From assembly GCA_958296135.2 (NCBI GenBank), contig CATQHZ020000001.1:32001-96000 (forward strand): DNA of 64,000 nt. Direction: 5' to 3'. The stretch comes from an uncultured Poribacteria bacterium. Its GTDB lineage: Bacteria; Poribacteria; WGA-4E; WGA-3G. The notes under the pieces are model-generated. The model did not search any database and was not told the origin of the DNA. It saw only the letters and a program-made list of their open reading frames with translations. The stretch's first letter is position 1, and the number at the start of each line of letters is the position of its first letter. The position numbers were made by a program, and so were the translations under genes. Of the stretch, positions 20,429 to 28,968 are shown in pieces.

Positions 20429-21232
20429 CTAGATGTGCCCGGGCAATGCCTGGCTCCGCCGCCGGCGCAGCCCCTTCTCCAACGTCTGCTTGAATTCCGC
20501 AATCTTCGCCCCTTTCCACGAGTCTTTCAGCGATTTCGGGTTCGCAATCAGGGTAGATTCGGATTCTCGCAGCAGCTCGATTACCTTGAGTTCGTTCGCC
20601 ATGAGCGTCCGCCGGGACGAGGTGGAATTGTCGATGATGGCATCCGCTTCTTCGGGCGGCTTCCCTTCGGTTGCGCCGAAAGAGAGCATCAGCGTGATGG
20701 GCGACTGATAACTGCCGCGCGTATTGAGCCGCTTCCACGGTGTCAGGATAGCGGGGGCAATTTGGTTATCTGTCTTCTCAAGGATGTATTTCTCGGCGAG
20801 GTTGAGATACTCGGTGGAGATGCGGATGCTGTTAGAAAACGCGCTGGCGAGGGGCGCGCAAGAATCGGCGAGCTGCATCAGCTCTTCAAACGTGTTGATG
20901 TCATCGCGTTCTTGGCGCACTGCCAGCACAATGTCAATGCGCCCGTATTCTAGCGGCAAGATTTCTTCAACTGCCGCGTCTGCCTCCTCTGTCCAATCTT
21001 GTCCGGTGATGCCGATGTCATAGAAATCGTCCATCCCGACGTAGACAGGAATCTCTTGTGGGCGCGATATCTTGATTTGCAGTTCGCTGTCGTTGCGAAA
21101 GGCGGCGCGATACAACCGGTCTGTCTCCGTATACCCGTTGACATCGTAGCCGGCGCGTTGGAGCATTTCAAGCGTTTCGCCCTGCAGGCTGCCTTTGGGC
21201 AAAAGTAGGTTCAGTTTTTTTTCTGTTTGCAT
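20429..21232 (-). CDS. hisG: ATP phosphoribosyltransferase, short form
   Basis: LPKGSL, RPQEIP, DIGITGQD, GATE, DAIID; no C-terminal ACT domain. Confidence 0.85.
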   Translation of the reverse strand: MQTEKKLNLLLPKGSLQGETLEMLQRAGYDVNGYTETDRLYRAAFRNDSELQIKISRPQEIPVYVGMDDFYDIGITGQDWTEEADAAVEEILPLEYGRIDIVLAVRQERDDINTFEELMQLADSCAPLASAFSNSIRISTEYLNLAEKYILEKTDNQIAPAILTPWKRLNTRGSYQSPITLMLSFGATEGKPPEEADAIIDNSTSSRRTLMANELKVIELLRESESTLIANPKSLKDSWKGAKIAEFKQTLEKGLRRRRSQALPGHI

Positions 21233-21474
21233 CAGAGGGCTTCCTCGTAGTCAGTTCGTTTGAGTCTGTAGGCCGGTCTTCCTGGGCCTGATGTTCCGTG
21301 AATCGTCGAGCCCGGGAGGCTGCGCCTCCCGGAAGTTATATGACATTAACTTGATTCGCATCGTCTCTGTAGGTGGAGATGCACCAAATCTGGATCCGTT
21401 CGGGATTAGGCGAGCCCGAAGGACAGCGGAAAACTGGATATGACAGACGCAGGAAAAATCAACTTCATTTGGTA

Positions 21475-22902
21475 TTAAAGATCGGCGATAGCGACAACCT
21501 CTGCCTTGTCTGTCTTCAGTTCGATTCGGCGAATGGGTTGAGCTGGGGCTAAGCGGAGCACGTATTCATAGTTCGCTTGCACAGCATAATCGTGCTGCGC
21601 TTGAGCATCGCGCGCCATCAGATCTACCTCCACAATCTTGCCGGCGCGCCGCAGTTTTTCAGCGAGACGTTGCGCCTCCGCCGTGAGTTCCGGCGAAGTT
21701 GTCGCGATGAAGTAATCGCGTTTCGCGGAAACCGTGGCGTTCTCCGTTTGGGCAAACGCCGCCATCAGCGAGTCAAATTGAAACGCAAACCCCGCACCGG
21801 GAACCGAAGGCCCGCCGAACGATTCAATGAGGCTGTCGTATCTGCCGCCGCCACAGAGCGGCAACTGCGGTTCCGCCAATTCAATTTGGAAGACATTGCC
21901 GGTGTAGAAATCAAACCCGCGCGTGAGCCCGAGGTCTATCTCAAAATCGGTGATGTCGTGATTGTGAAGTGCATCGCAGAGGGCAATCAATCCCTGTTTC
22001 TCCGTGTCTGCGATGCCCTGGAGATATGTGTCCCACGCCGCGAGGACTGTCTCCTTATCGCCACGAATTTTCGATACGTTGATGCAGTTCTGCCCGACAT
22101 TGGTTGGGAGCAGAAAATCGTGAAACCATTTATACCGGTAAGTGGCACCCGCTGTTTGCGTCAAATTTTGGACCCAGATACGGGTGAGTGACTGTGTAAA
22201 GAGGTCTGGATGTTCCGGCTCCACTTTAAGAATGCCATCATAATCCGGCCCCTGCATCCGCCCTAACGCCTTGTGATGTTCGCGGAGGACTTCCGCACGG
22301 TGCGGCGGACGCTGGATGTCGGCTACAAGTTCGGCGAGTGTCTCCAAATCTAAGATGATTTCCCCGAGGTCCCGCGGATGGAGGCCGACCGGTTTTAAAA
22401 TCTGCCGGAAGATGCCGGGCGCGCCGATTTTCAGTTTCGTATTATGAATGTTCAATTTTTCCAAGATTCGGACAGGAAGTGTGATGATTTCCGCGTCCGC
22501 GAGGGCTGATGCCGGCCCGATGAGCTCCACGCCTGCCTGCCGGAACTCCCGATGTGCCGATGCTGACGCTTGCCGAACGCACTGCCCGATATAGTAGAGT
22601 TTATACGGATAAGGCTGGCATTGCAGTTCGCCGTTCGCGATAAGCCGGCACACGGGTGCAGTCAGTTCCGGGCGCAAGGCGTAATCGACTCTGTCTGAAC
22701 CGACGAACGTAAACATTTTTTGACGGATTTCCTCGCCGGATTGCGCCGATAACAGCGCGAAGGATTCAAACAGCGGTGTCTGCACCTGCGCGTATCCGTA
22801 TGCCTCAAACGTTTCACGAACGACATTTTCAACGAAATTTCGTTGAACCATCTGGTCTGGCAAAAAATCGTTTGTGCCGGCCGGTTTGGTAAATTTTGCC
22901 AT
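21475..22902 (-). CDS. hisZ: HisZ-like ATP-PRT regulatory subunit (HisRS paralogue)
   Basis: LRPELT, REFRQAGVELIG, GGGRYD; motif-2 loop degenerate; precedes short hisG. Confidence 0.72.
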   Translation of the reverse strand: MAKFTKPAGTNDFLPDQMVQRNFVENVVRETFEAYGYAQVQTPLFESFALLSAQSGEEIRQKMFTFVGSDRVDYALRPELTAPVCRLIANGELQCQPYPYKLYYIGQCVRQASASAHREFRQAGVELIGPASALADAEIITLPVRILEKLNIHNTKLKIGAPGIFRQILKPVGLHPRDLGEIILDLETLAELVADIQRPPHRAEVLREHHKALGRMQGPDYDGILKVEPEHPDLFTQSLTRIWVQNLTQTAGATYRYKWFHDFLLPTNVGQNCINVSKIRGDKETVLAAWDTYLQGIADTEKQGLIALCDALHNHDITDFEIDLGLTRGFDFYTGNVFQIELAEPQLPLCGGGRYDSLIESFGGPSVPGAGFAFQFDSLMAAFAQTENATVSAKRDYFIATTSPELTAEAQRLAEKLRRAGKIVEVDLMARDAQAQHDYAVQANYEYVLRLAPAQPIRRIELKTDKAEVVAIADL

Positions 22903-23036
22903 TTTTTGTATGGCCTCCTTAATAGGACTGACGCATATCCTATCTCCCCGTAGGCGCGCTTTCAAAGCGCGCCTACGGGGGTGTTCTGCGTCTGTGTCTT
23001 GCTTACGGGTATCTCCCTACCAGCGGTGTGCCACTT

Positions 23037-23120
23037 AAAAAAATCCCCGGCAAACGGTGCACCTTATCTCTGGCGCGCAGCTATCGCGCTGCACAGAGGA
23101 GAGCGGTTAGTTTGCCGGGG
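23037..23120 (-). terminator. attenuator terminator of the his leader
   Basis: CCCCGGCAAAC...GTTTGCCGGGG stem followed by ATTTTTT on the minus strand; the loop holds a second hairpin. Confidence 0.65.
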
Positions 23121-23184
23121 TTTGCACAAGCTAGGCTTGCGTCGTGTCCACGAAGGTGTTATGCATCATCCTAATCCGCTCTGC

Positions 23185-23232
23185 TCAGGCATGGACCGGA
23201 TGATGATGAGGGGTGAAAAATAGCGTTTGCAT
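23185..23232 (-). CDS. hisL: his operon leader peptide MQTLFFTPHHHPVHA
   Basis: 15-aa ORF with 4 His codons between promoter and terminator; downstream GGATGATG can pair with CATCATCC. Confidence 0.8.
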   Translation of the reverse strand: MQTLFFTPHHHPVHA

Positions 23233-23267
23233 GATTTTTTTTTTTGCTTCAATAAGCAATTTATTAT

Positions 23268-23331
23268 ATTATACCCTATTTCAGAGCAAATGTCAAATTT
23301 TTTGACATTTTTCGGGTGAGTGTGGTATACT
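23268..23331. promoter_or_regulatory. back-to-back sigma70 promoters
   Basis: Minus strand TTGACA(23296)-N17-TATAAT; plus strand TTGACA(23302)-N18-TATACT. Confidence 0.75.
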
Positions 23332-23546
23332 ATATGCATCTATAGGGTAAGTGCTCCTGAAAATTCAGAATGAGACCTGGTTATTTTCCAACCTGCCTCC
23401 AGCAGCTAAGAGGGGCCCCTTCTTCCGTAGGGCGATGGTCCGGCGATAGCGAATCGCCGAGGGTTTCCCTCGACTTGCCATGCTCGCGGGGACAGTGGAC
23501 ATCTCTGCAGCGAGGCGGCAGAGAGGACAAAGTTAAAGTAAGGTAG

Positions 23547-23701
23547 CGTGCTTTCGCGAGGCGACACACGCACGTTTGCTGTAGGCGTGACCGTGCTTTC
23601 GCGAGGCGACACACGCGCATTTTCTATAGGCGTGACCGTGCTTTCGCGAGGCGACACACGCACTTTTGCTGTAGGCGTGACCGTAACGGCTCCCGCGCTA
23701 C
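23547..23701. repeat. three 45-bp tandem repeats ending in a GTAG-type REP arm
   Basis: cgtgctttcgcgaggcgacacacgc...taggcgtgac at 23547, 23592 and 23637. Confidence 0.9.
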
Positions 23702-23832
23702 GTTTCGGAGAGCGGCATCGTCCTGTCGTCTGCTAAAAAACTTGACATTCTGCGCGAGATGCGCGAGACTATTCTTACATCGCCTGGTGCTGCTTCTGTC
23801 TGGGCGGTGAACTGGAAGGAACTGCAACCTGC

Positions 23833-24369
23833 ATGAAAAAACAACAATCTAACGATACGGCACAGGACAGGGTTCCGTTTCTCGGTGTGAAACGTCGCTG
23901 GGTAGGCTATGCGTTGTTCATCTTCGTCCTCAGTCTGCTTGTCTATGCGGGTTTCTCGACTGCAGAGCAGCTCAGTACCGCTGGTTGGCGTGGTTTCCCA
24001 ACCGTCCGCGCCATCCTACATGATACGTCGCAGTCTCTACCGATGTTGGGTGTTGCGCCTATCGTTATTCTGGTGATATGGGAGTTTCTGATGATTCTGT
24101 ATGAAATTGTGAAAGAGCAGATAGAGGCGCGTCAGCGTTCTCGCATTGCCGCCCATGAGGCGCGCGGCGAGGAGCGGGGTATCAAACTCGGCGAGGAGCG
24201 AGGTATCAAACTCGGCGAGGAGCGTGGTCTTGAACGCGGTCGGGAATTGGAGCGCGATGCTTGGGTTGACTGGTTTGAACGCCGGCAAGCGGCGGCGGCG
24301 GCGGGCGAACCGTTTACCGAGCCGAATCCCGCCGAAAAACAGAACGGCACCTCGCCTCCTGCGCCCTAG
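23833..24369 (+). CDS. membrane protein with GEERGIKL repeats
   Basis: Two TM segments, 24-bp repeats, C-terminus RDAWVDWFERR...GEPFTEPNP. Confidence 0.75.
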   Translation: MKKQQSNDTAQDRVPFLGVKRRWVGYALFIFVLSLLVYAGFSTAEQLSTAGWRGFPTVRAILHDTSQSLPMLGVAPIVILVIWEFLMILYEIVKEQIEARQRSRIAAHEARGEERGIKLGEERGIKLGEERGLERGRELERDAWVDWFERRQAAAAAGEPFTEPNPAEKQNGTSPPAP

Positions 24370-24431
24370 CACCAATTCGCCAGGGCTTAGCGGTATTTAG
24401 TTTTCCGCACGATACGTCGCAGTCTCTACCG

Positions 24432-24734
24432 ATGTTGGGTGTTGCGCCTATCGTTATTCTGGTGATATGGGAGTTTCTGATGATTCTGTATGAAATTGTG
24501 AAAGAGCAGATAGAGGCGCGTCAGCGTTCTCGCATTGCCGCCCATGAGGCGCGCGGCGAGGAGCGAGGTATCAAACTCGGCGAGGAGCGTGGTCTTGAAC
24601 GCGGTCGGGAATTGGAGCGCGATGCTTGGGTTGACTGGTTTGAACGCCGGCAAGCGGCGGCGGCGGCAGGTGAACCGTTCACCGAGCCGAATCCCGCCGA
24701 AAAACAGAACGGCACCTCGCCTCCTGCGCCCTAG
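24432..24734 (+). CDS. tandem duplicate of the 3' part of the preceding gene (start 24432 or 24480)
   Basis: 24022-24408 is repeated at 24411-24773, lacking one 24-bp unit. Confidence 0.6.
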   Translation: MLGVAPIVILVIWEFLMILYEIVKEQIEARQRSRIAAHEARGEERGIKLGEERGLERGRELERDAWVDWFERRQAAAAAGEPFTEPNPAEKQNGTSPPAP

Positions 24735-24848
24735 CACCAATTCGCTAGGGCTTAGCGGTATTTAGTTTTCCGCTGTCGAATTTTCTTGACATTTTCCGCA
24801 AAAAGGGTATATTGTCTTAGTAAAGGTAGGAGCGATGGGAGGAAGTCA

Positions 24849-25481
24849 ATGGGATTTCCAGTTTACGATTACCGCACAGATATCCGAAATGTGTTGGTGA
24901 CACCACAGATTCGCTCGCGGTTCTTGAAAATGGAGCCGGGACAAAGCGCGCAGCTTCATAGCCACGACCTCGGGCACGAGATTTTCCTCATTTTGGAGGG
25001 CCGCGTTGAATTTACAATTGACGGCGAGACCGAGGAGCTCGGCCCAGGGCAGATGTGCATGGCTTTGGCAGATCAACCGCACTCGGTGCGCGTCCTCGGC
25101 GACGAACCGATAACGATGTATCTGTCGGTTACGCCGCACATCCATCCGACTCACACGCCGCGTGCAGAGTCCGGTGAACGGCTTCCGCATAATTTCGCGC
25201 CTGCGCGCGCCTACGATGTGGCGCCGGATATGCAGATATCCGTGGCGGAACTCGTCACGCGGCAGGGACATGCGGCGCAATTATTGGCTGAGCTCACCGA
25301 AACGTGCGCGGAAGTTCAGCAAGAAATGGGCGCGCAGCTCACGGAGGCACTCGCGTCAGGAGATACTGCTGCAGCGGAAGCCGCGCGCAAGGCGATGTGG
25401 GAGGCACTTTATCCGGTTTACCGTGCCGTATCCGAATTGGGTGCTGTTTGGAATGTGCTTGCACCGCGCGCGACATGTTAA
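24849..25481 (+). CDS. cupin domain protein
   Basis: HSH...HEIFLILEG...GPGQ...PH. Confidence 0.8.
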   Translation: MGFPVYDYRTDIRNVLVTPQIRSRFLKMEPGQSAQLHSHDLGHEIFLILEGRVEFTIDGETEELGPGQMCMALADQPHSVRVLGDEPITMYLSVTPHIHPTHTPRAESGERLPHNFAPARAYDVAPDMQISVAELVTRQGHAAQLLAELTETCAEVQQEMGAQLTEALASGDTAAAEAARKAMWEALYPVYRAVSELGAVWNVLAPRATC

Positions 25482-25492
25482 TTGTGCTTTTT

Positions 25493-25744
25493 TTTGTTGC
25501 ATTATCTTTATATTTATGGTATAATTAAAGGGAGCATGAGAATAAGTTGACCTTTATTGCGAACGTCTGGAAAATTATCTCGCGCAAATGCGATTTGTCT
25601 TGACAATTTTCTGGAATTTTTGTTGCATTATCTTTATATTTATGGTATAATTAAAGGGAGCATGAGAATAAGTTGACCTTTATTGCGAACGTCCGGAAAA
25701 TTATCTCGCGCAAATGCGAATTGCCTTGACAATTTTCTGGAATT
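25493..25744 (+). repeat. 126-bp tandem duplication of a promoter region
   Basis: Two near-identical units, each with TTGCAT-N17-TATAAT; a further TTGACA-N17-TAAACT starts at the end of unit 2. Confidence 0.9.
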
Positions 25745-25947
25745 AAGGTAAACTTCTATTTGATAAGAAATCGACGTTTGAGAAGTCCGCTGTCGCGCGC
25801 GTAACGGCAACACGCCGGTGGTGAAACGCTCTTGGCTTACGTTATGCCGAAGCCGTGGAGTGCGTCTCTCACACGTGAAATTCGCTCGCGTTGTCCGCAA
25901 GGGCGCGCGAACGCCAAAATGGCAATTACATGAGTAAGGAGTATCTA

Positions 25948-28743
25948 ATGAAAAATCAGCTTTTGACTGGGAAAATCTTGTTTTCCTTATTAGCTGTTGT
26001 GATGTGTTTGGGTTTCACAGCGATGAGTCACGGCCAAGCCGTCGTCTCTGTAGAGCCTGCTGAAGTAGCCTCCCCGGCCGCCGGGGAAGAACTGATGGTG
26101 AGTATTAACATCGCGGGTGCTGCAGATGTCGCCGGTTATCAGATGACGGTGAATTTCGATGCAACGGCCCTCGCAGTCGGTGAGGGTAAAGCGGCTATCG
26201 GAGATTACCTTCCCGCTGGAGCATTTCCTATCGTCACGCCTGGCGAGGGTAGCGTCACAATCGCGGCGACTTCTCTGACAGGCGCGGCCGCGGCTGCCGA
26301 TGGCACACTCGCTACAGTGACGTTTACGGTTGTTGAGGCAAAGGCCTCCGCGATTACATTGACGGATGTCACGCTCTCGAATGCTGCCGCAGACTCGTTG
26401 GCAGTCACATCCATGGATGGCGCGGTGACCGCCGCTGCAGCTGAAGCACCCGCTGAAGGCGAAGAGCCTGCCGAGGGTGAAGAACCCGCTGAGGGCGAGG
26501 AACCTGCTGAGGGCGAGGAACCTGCTGAGGGTGAGGAACCTGCTGAGGGTGAGGAACCTGCTGAGGGCGAGGAACCCGCTGAGGGTGAGGAACCCGCCGA
26601 AGGCGAGGAACCCGCTGAGGGTGAGGAACCTGCTGAAGGCGAGGAACCTGCTGAGGGTGAGGAACCCGCTGAAGGCGAGGAACCTGCTGAGGGTGAAGAA
26701 CCTGCTGAGGGCGAGGAACCTGCTGAGGGTGAGGAACCTGCCGAAGCTGAGATGCCCACCAGCCAAATGTTTGAAGTTACCCTGACGAACCTCACCACGG
26801 GTGAAGCTGGAGCAGGGGGACAAATTCTTTCACCGCCCATATTTGTTGCGCACGCCGCTGGCATTAATCTCGCCCCAGTGGGCGAAGCTGCTAGTGAGGC
26901 AATCGTCGCCCTCGCTGAAGGTGGCGATGTGTCAGGGCTCGCTGCTCTGGCAACAGCCGCGGGGGCATCCTTTGTCGTTGCAGATGGCGCTGTCCCGCCC
27001 GGTGGGAGTGCCACCGCTACGGTAACGGCTGACACAGCCAACTCCTCGCTCTCTGTTGGAGCGATGTTGGTGTCCACGAATGATGGATTCATCGCGCTTA
27101 CCGATTTTGCGCTCTTCGATGCAGATGGCGCGCCCGTAACGATGAGTCTTGACCTCAGTGCTTACGATGCTGGCAGTGAAGAAAATACGGAGATGGGATC
27201 AGACATCCCCGGCCCGATCGGTTTAGATGCCGCGGCAGACCCCGAGGGTAGCAACGCGCGTGTCCCAACTGAAGGCGGCGTTATCGCTGCACACCCAGGC
27301 ATCCAAGGCGGGGCCGAGGTCGGCGAAGCATTCGCATGGACAGAACCCACAGCAATGCTGACGATTACGCCTGTTTCGGCTCCAACGCCGGTGGAACCGA
27401 CAGAACCGACGGAACCGGTGGAACCAACGGAACCAACGGAACCAACGGAACCGGTTGTCGTAGAGCCCACGATGCCTGCAGAATCCGGCTTTGATGTCGC
27501 ACTTGAACCGGGATTGAACATGATTTCTATCCCGTTGATGCCGGAAGAACCTTACACCGCGAAATCGCTCGCGGACATGTTAGGTTCAACGATTGTCATC
27601 AAACTTGATGCTACCACGCAGAGCTTTGTCGGCTACACCGTCGCCGAAGGCGATGACGGGTTTGCCATTGACGGCGGACGCGGTTATATCGTCAATACGC
27701 CGGCTGGTGGTGTCGTGACGTTCACCGGAAGTGCCTGGTCCAACCCGACAACGGAAGAACCGGCTGTGGTGGAACCACCGGCAGATGATGATCCTGTTGT
27801 TGTTGTGGAACCACCGGCAGATGATGATGCCGCTGTTGTGGTGGAACCACCGGCAGATGATCCTGCTGTTGTGGTGGAACCCCCGGCAGATGATGATCCT
27901 GTTGTTGTTGTGGAACCACCGGCTGCCGATGATCCTGTTGTTGTGGTGGAACCACCGGCAGATGATGATCCTGCTGTTGTGGTGGAACCACCGGCAGATG
28001 ATGATGCCGCTGTTGCGGTGGAACCTGCTGCCGAGGAACCTGCTGCTGACGATGCCGCTGTTGCGGCGGAACCTGCTGCCGAGGAACCTGCTGCTGAAGA
28101 GGCTGCACCCGCTGCACCCGCACTCTCCACCTATAAGAGCGCGTGGGCGTTCATCGTCACAAGCGACTTACAGGGCATGGAAGCCGGCGCATCCTACACC
28201 GTCATCGCAGAGAACCTGCGCACCGGTGCTGTCACGAGTCAGCGCGTCAGCAGTGACGTGAAACGCTCCGCTGCTGTTTGGGCAGACATGAATCGTAAGA
28301 GCGTCGTGGAAGCCGGCGACAAAGTCGAAATCACGCTCCATGATGAGCGCGGTGCCGTCGTTTCCGGGCCCTTCCAGCGCACTGTGACAACTACGGATAT
28401 TCGGAATGCGTTCCTGACGCTGCAACTGCGCGTCGGTGATGTGCAACCGAAGGATACCATCCTTGCACAGAACTTCCCGAATCCGTTCAACCCAGAAACT
28501 TGGATCCCCTATCAGTTGAACCAAGCAACTGAAGTCACGATCCACATTTACGACGCAGCCGGCCGTTTAGTCCGGACGCTCAACCTGGGTTGGCAGCCGA
28601 CTGGCTCTTATATGACTGCCTCTAGCGCAGCCTATTGGGATGGCCGAAACGAAGTCGGTGAACGTGTCGCGAGCGGTATCTATTTCTATACCCTCCAGAC
28701 ACAGGATTTCACTGCTACGCGCAAGATGGTCATCCTGAAGTAG
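25948..28743 (+). CDS. secreted protein: cohesin, (AEGEEP)x16, Spondin_N, acidic Pro-rich repeats, FlgD-Ig/T9SS-like C-terminal domain
   Basis: VAGYQMTVNFD...GTLATVTF (cohesin); LSPP...AEGG...MLVSTNDGF...YDAGSE (Spondin_N); QNFPNPFNPETWIPY...SGIYFY. Confidence 0.8.
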   Translation: MKNQLLTGKILFSLLAVVMCLGFTAMSHGQAVVSVEPAEVASPAAGEELMVSINIAGAADVAGYQMTVNFDATALAVGEGKAAIGDYLPAGAFPIVTPGEGSVTIAATSLTGAAAAADGTLATVTFTVVEAKASAITLTDVTLSNAAADSLAVTSMDGAVTAAAAEAPAEGEEPAEGEEPAEGEEPAEGEEPAEGEEPAEGEEPAEGEEPAEGEEPAEGEEPAEGEEPAEGEEPAEGEEPAEGEEPAEGEEPAEGEEPAEGEEPAEAEMPTSQMFEVTLTNLTTGEAGAGGQILSPPIFVAHAAGINLAPVGEAASEAIVALAEGGDVSGLAALATAAGASFVVADGAVPPGGSATATVTADTANSSLSVGAMLVSTNDGFIALTDFALFDADGAPVTMSLDLSAYDAGSEENTEMGSDIPGPIGLDAAADPEGSNARVPTEGGVIAAHPGIQGGAEVGEAFAWTEPTAMLTITPVSAPTPVEPTEPTEPVEPTEPTEPTEPVVVEPTMPAESGFDVALEPGLNMISIPLMPEEPYTAKSLADMLGSTIVIKLDATTQSFVGYTVAEGDDGFAIDGGRGYIVNTPAGGVVTFTGSAWSNPTTEEPAVVEPPADDDPVVVVEPPADDDAAVVVEPPADDPAVVVEPPADDDPVVVVEPPAADDPVVVVEPPADDDPAVVVEPPADDDAAVAVEPAAEEPAADDAAVAAEPAAEEPAAEEAAPAAPALSTYKSAWAFIVTSDLQGMEAGASYTVIAENLRTGAVTSQRVSSDVKRSAAVWADMNRKSVVEAGDKVEITLHDERGAVVSGPFQRTVTTTDIRNAFLTLQLRVGDVQPKDTILAQNFPNPFNPETWIPYQLNQATEVTIHIYDAAGRLVRTLNLGWQPTGSYMTASSAAYWDGRNEVGERVASGIYFYTLQTQDFTATRKMVILK
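26452..26739 (+). repeat. 16 x 18-bp coding tandem repeat (AEGEEP)
   Basis: gcYgaRggYgaRgaRccY units with synonymous variation. Confidence 0.95.
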
Positions 28744-28798
28744 TTCTCGTCGTCGGGGCGGTATTGCCGTTTCTAGCCGCCCCACCGACAAGAAGCCA

Positions 28799-28845
28799 AA
28801 AACGCCCCGCCGCAACGGTTTATCAACCGGCCGGGGCGTTTTTTT
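28799..28845 (+). terminator. intrinsic terminator
   Basis: aaaacgccccg...cggggcgttttttt. Confidence 0.65.
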
Positions 28846-28968
28846 AAGACAGATTTTTGTTGTTCGCCAGACGTTTGATAACGTCTCTTGTGCAATAACC
28901 GTTTGCAAATAAAATACACATTTCCATTGCGGTTTCTTTGAAACTGCAATGTTGATAGGAGAATCTTG

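Noticed and set aside
20313-20738. 141-aa N-terminal extension of HisS overlapping hisG
   Set aside because: A good SD and HisRS homology begin at ATG 20312; the extension is a chance open frame through a REP-containing spacer.
23547-23701. Possible CRISPR array
   Set aside because: The variable segment is only ~10 nt and similar between units, and no cas genes are present; this is a tandem repeat.
26205-27092. Long antisense ORFs (SAGSSP repeats) and other shadow ORFs such as 27684-28130
   Set aside because: They arise from stop-poor repetitive coding DNA on the opposite strand.
28850-28940. Further degenerate copies of the ~95-bp element (also ~660-705)
   Set aside because: Only partial similarity by eye and no intact core, so not counted.
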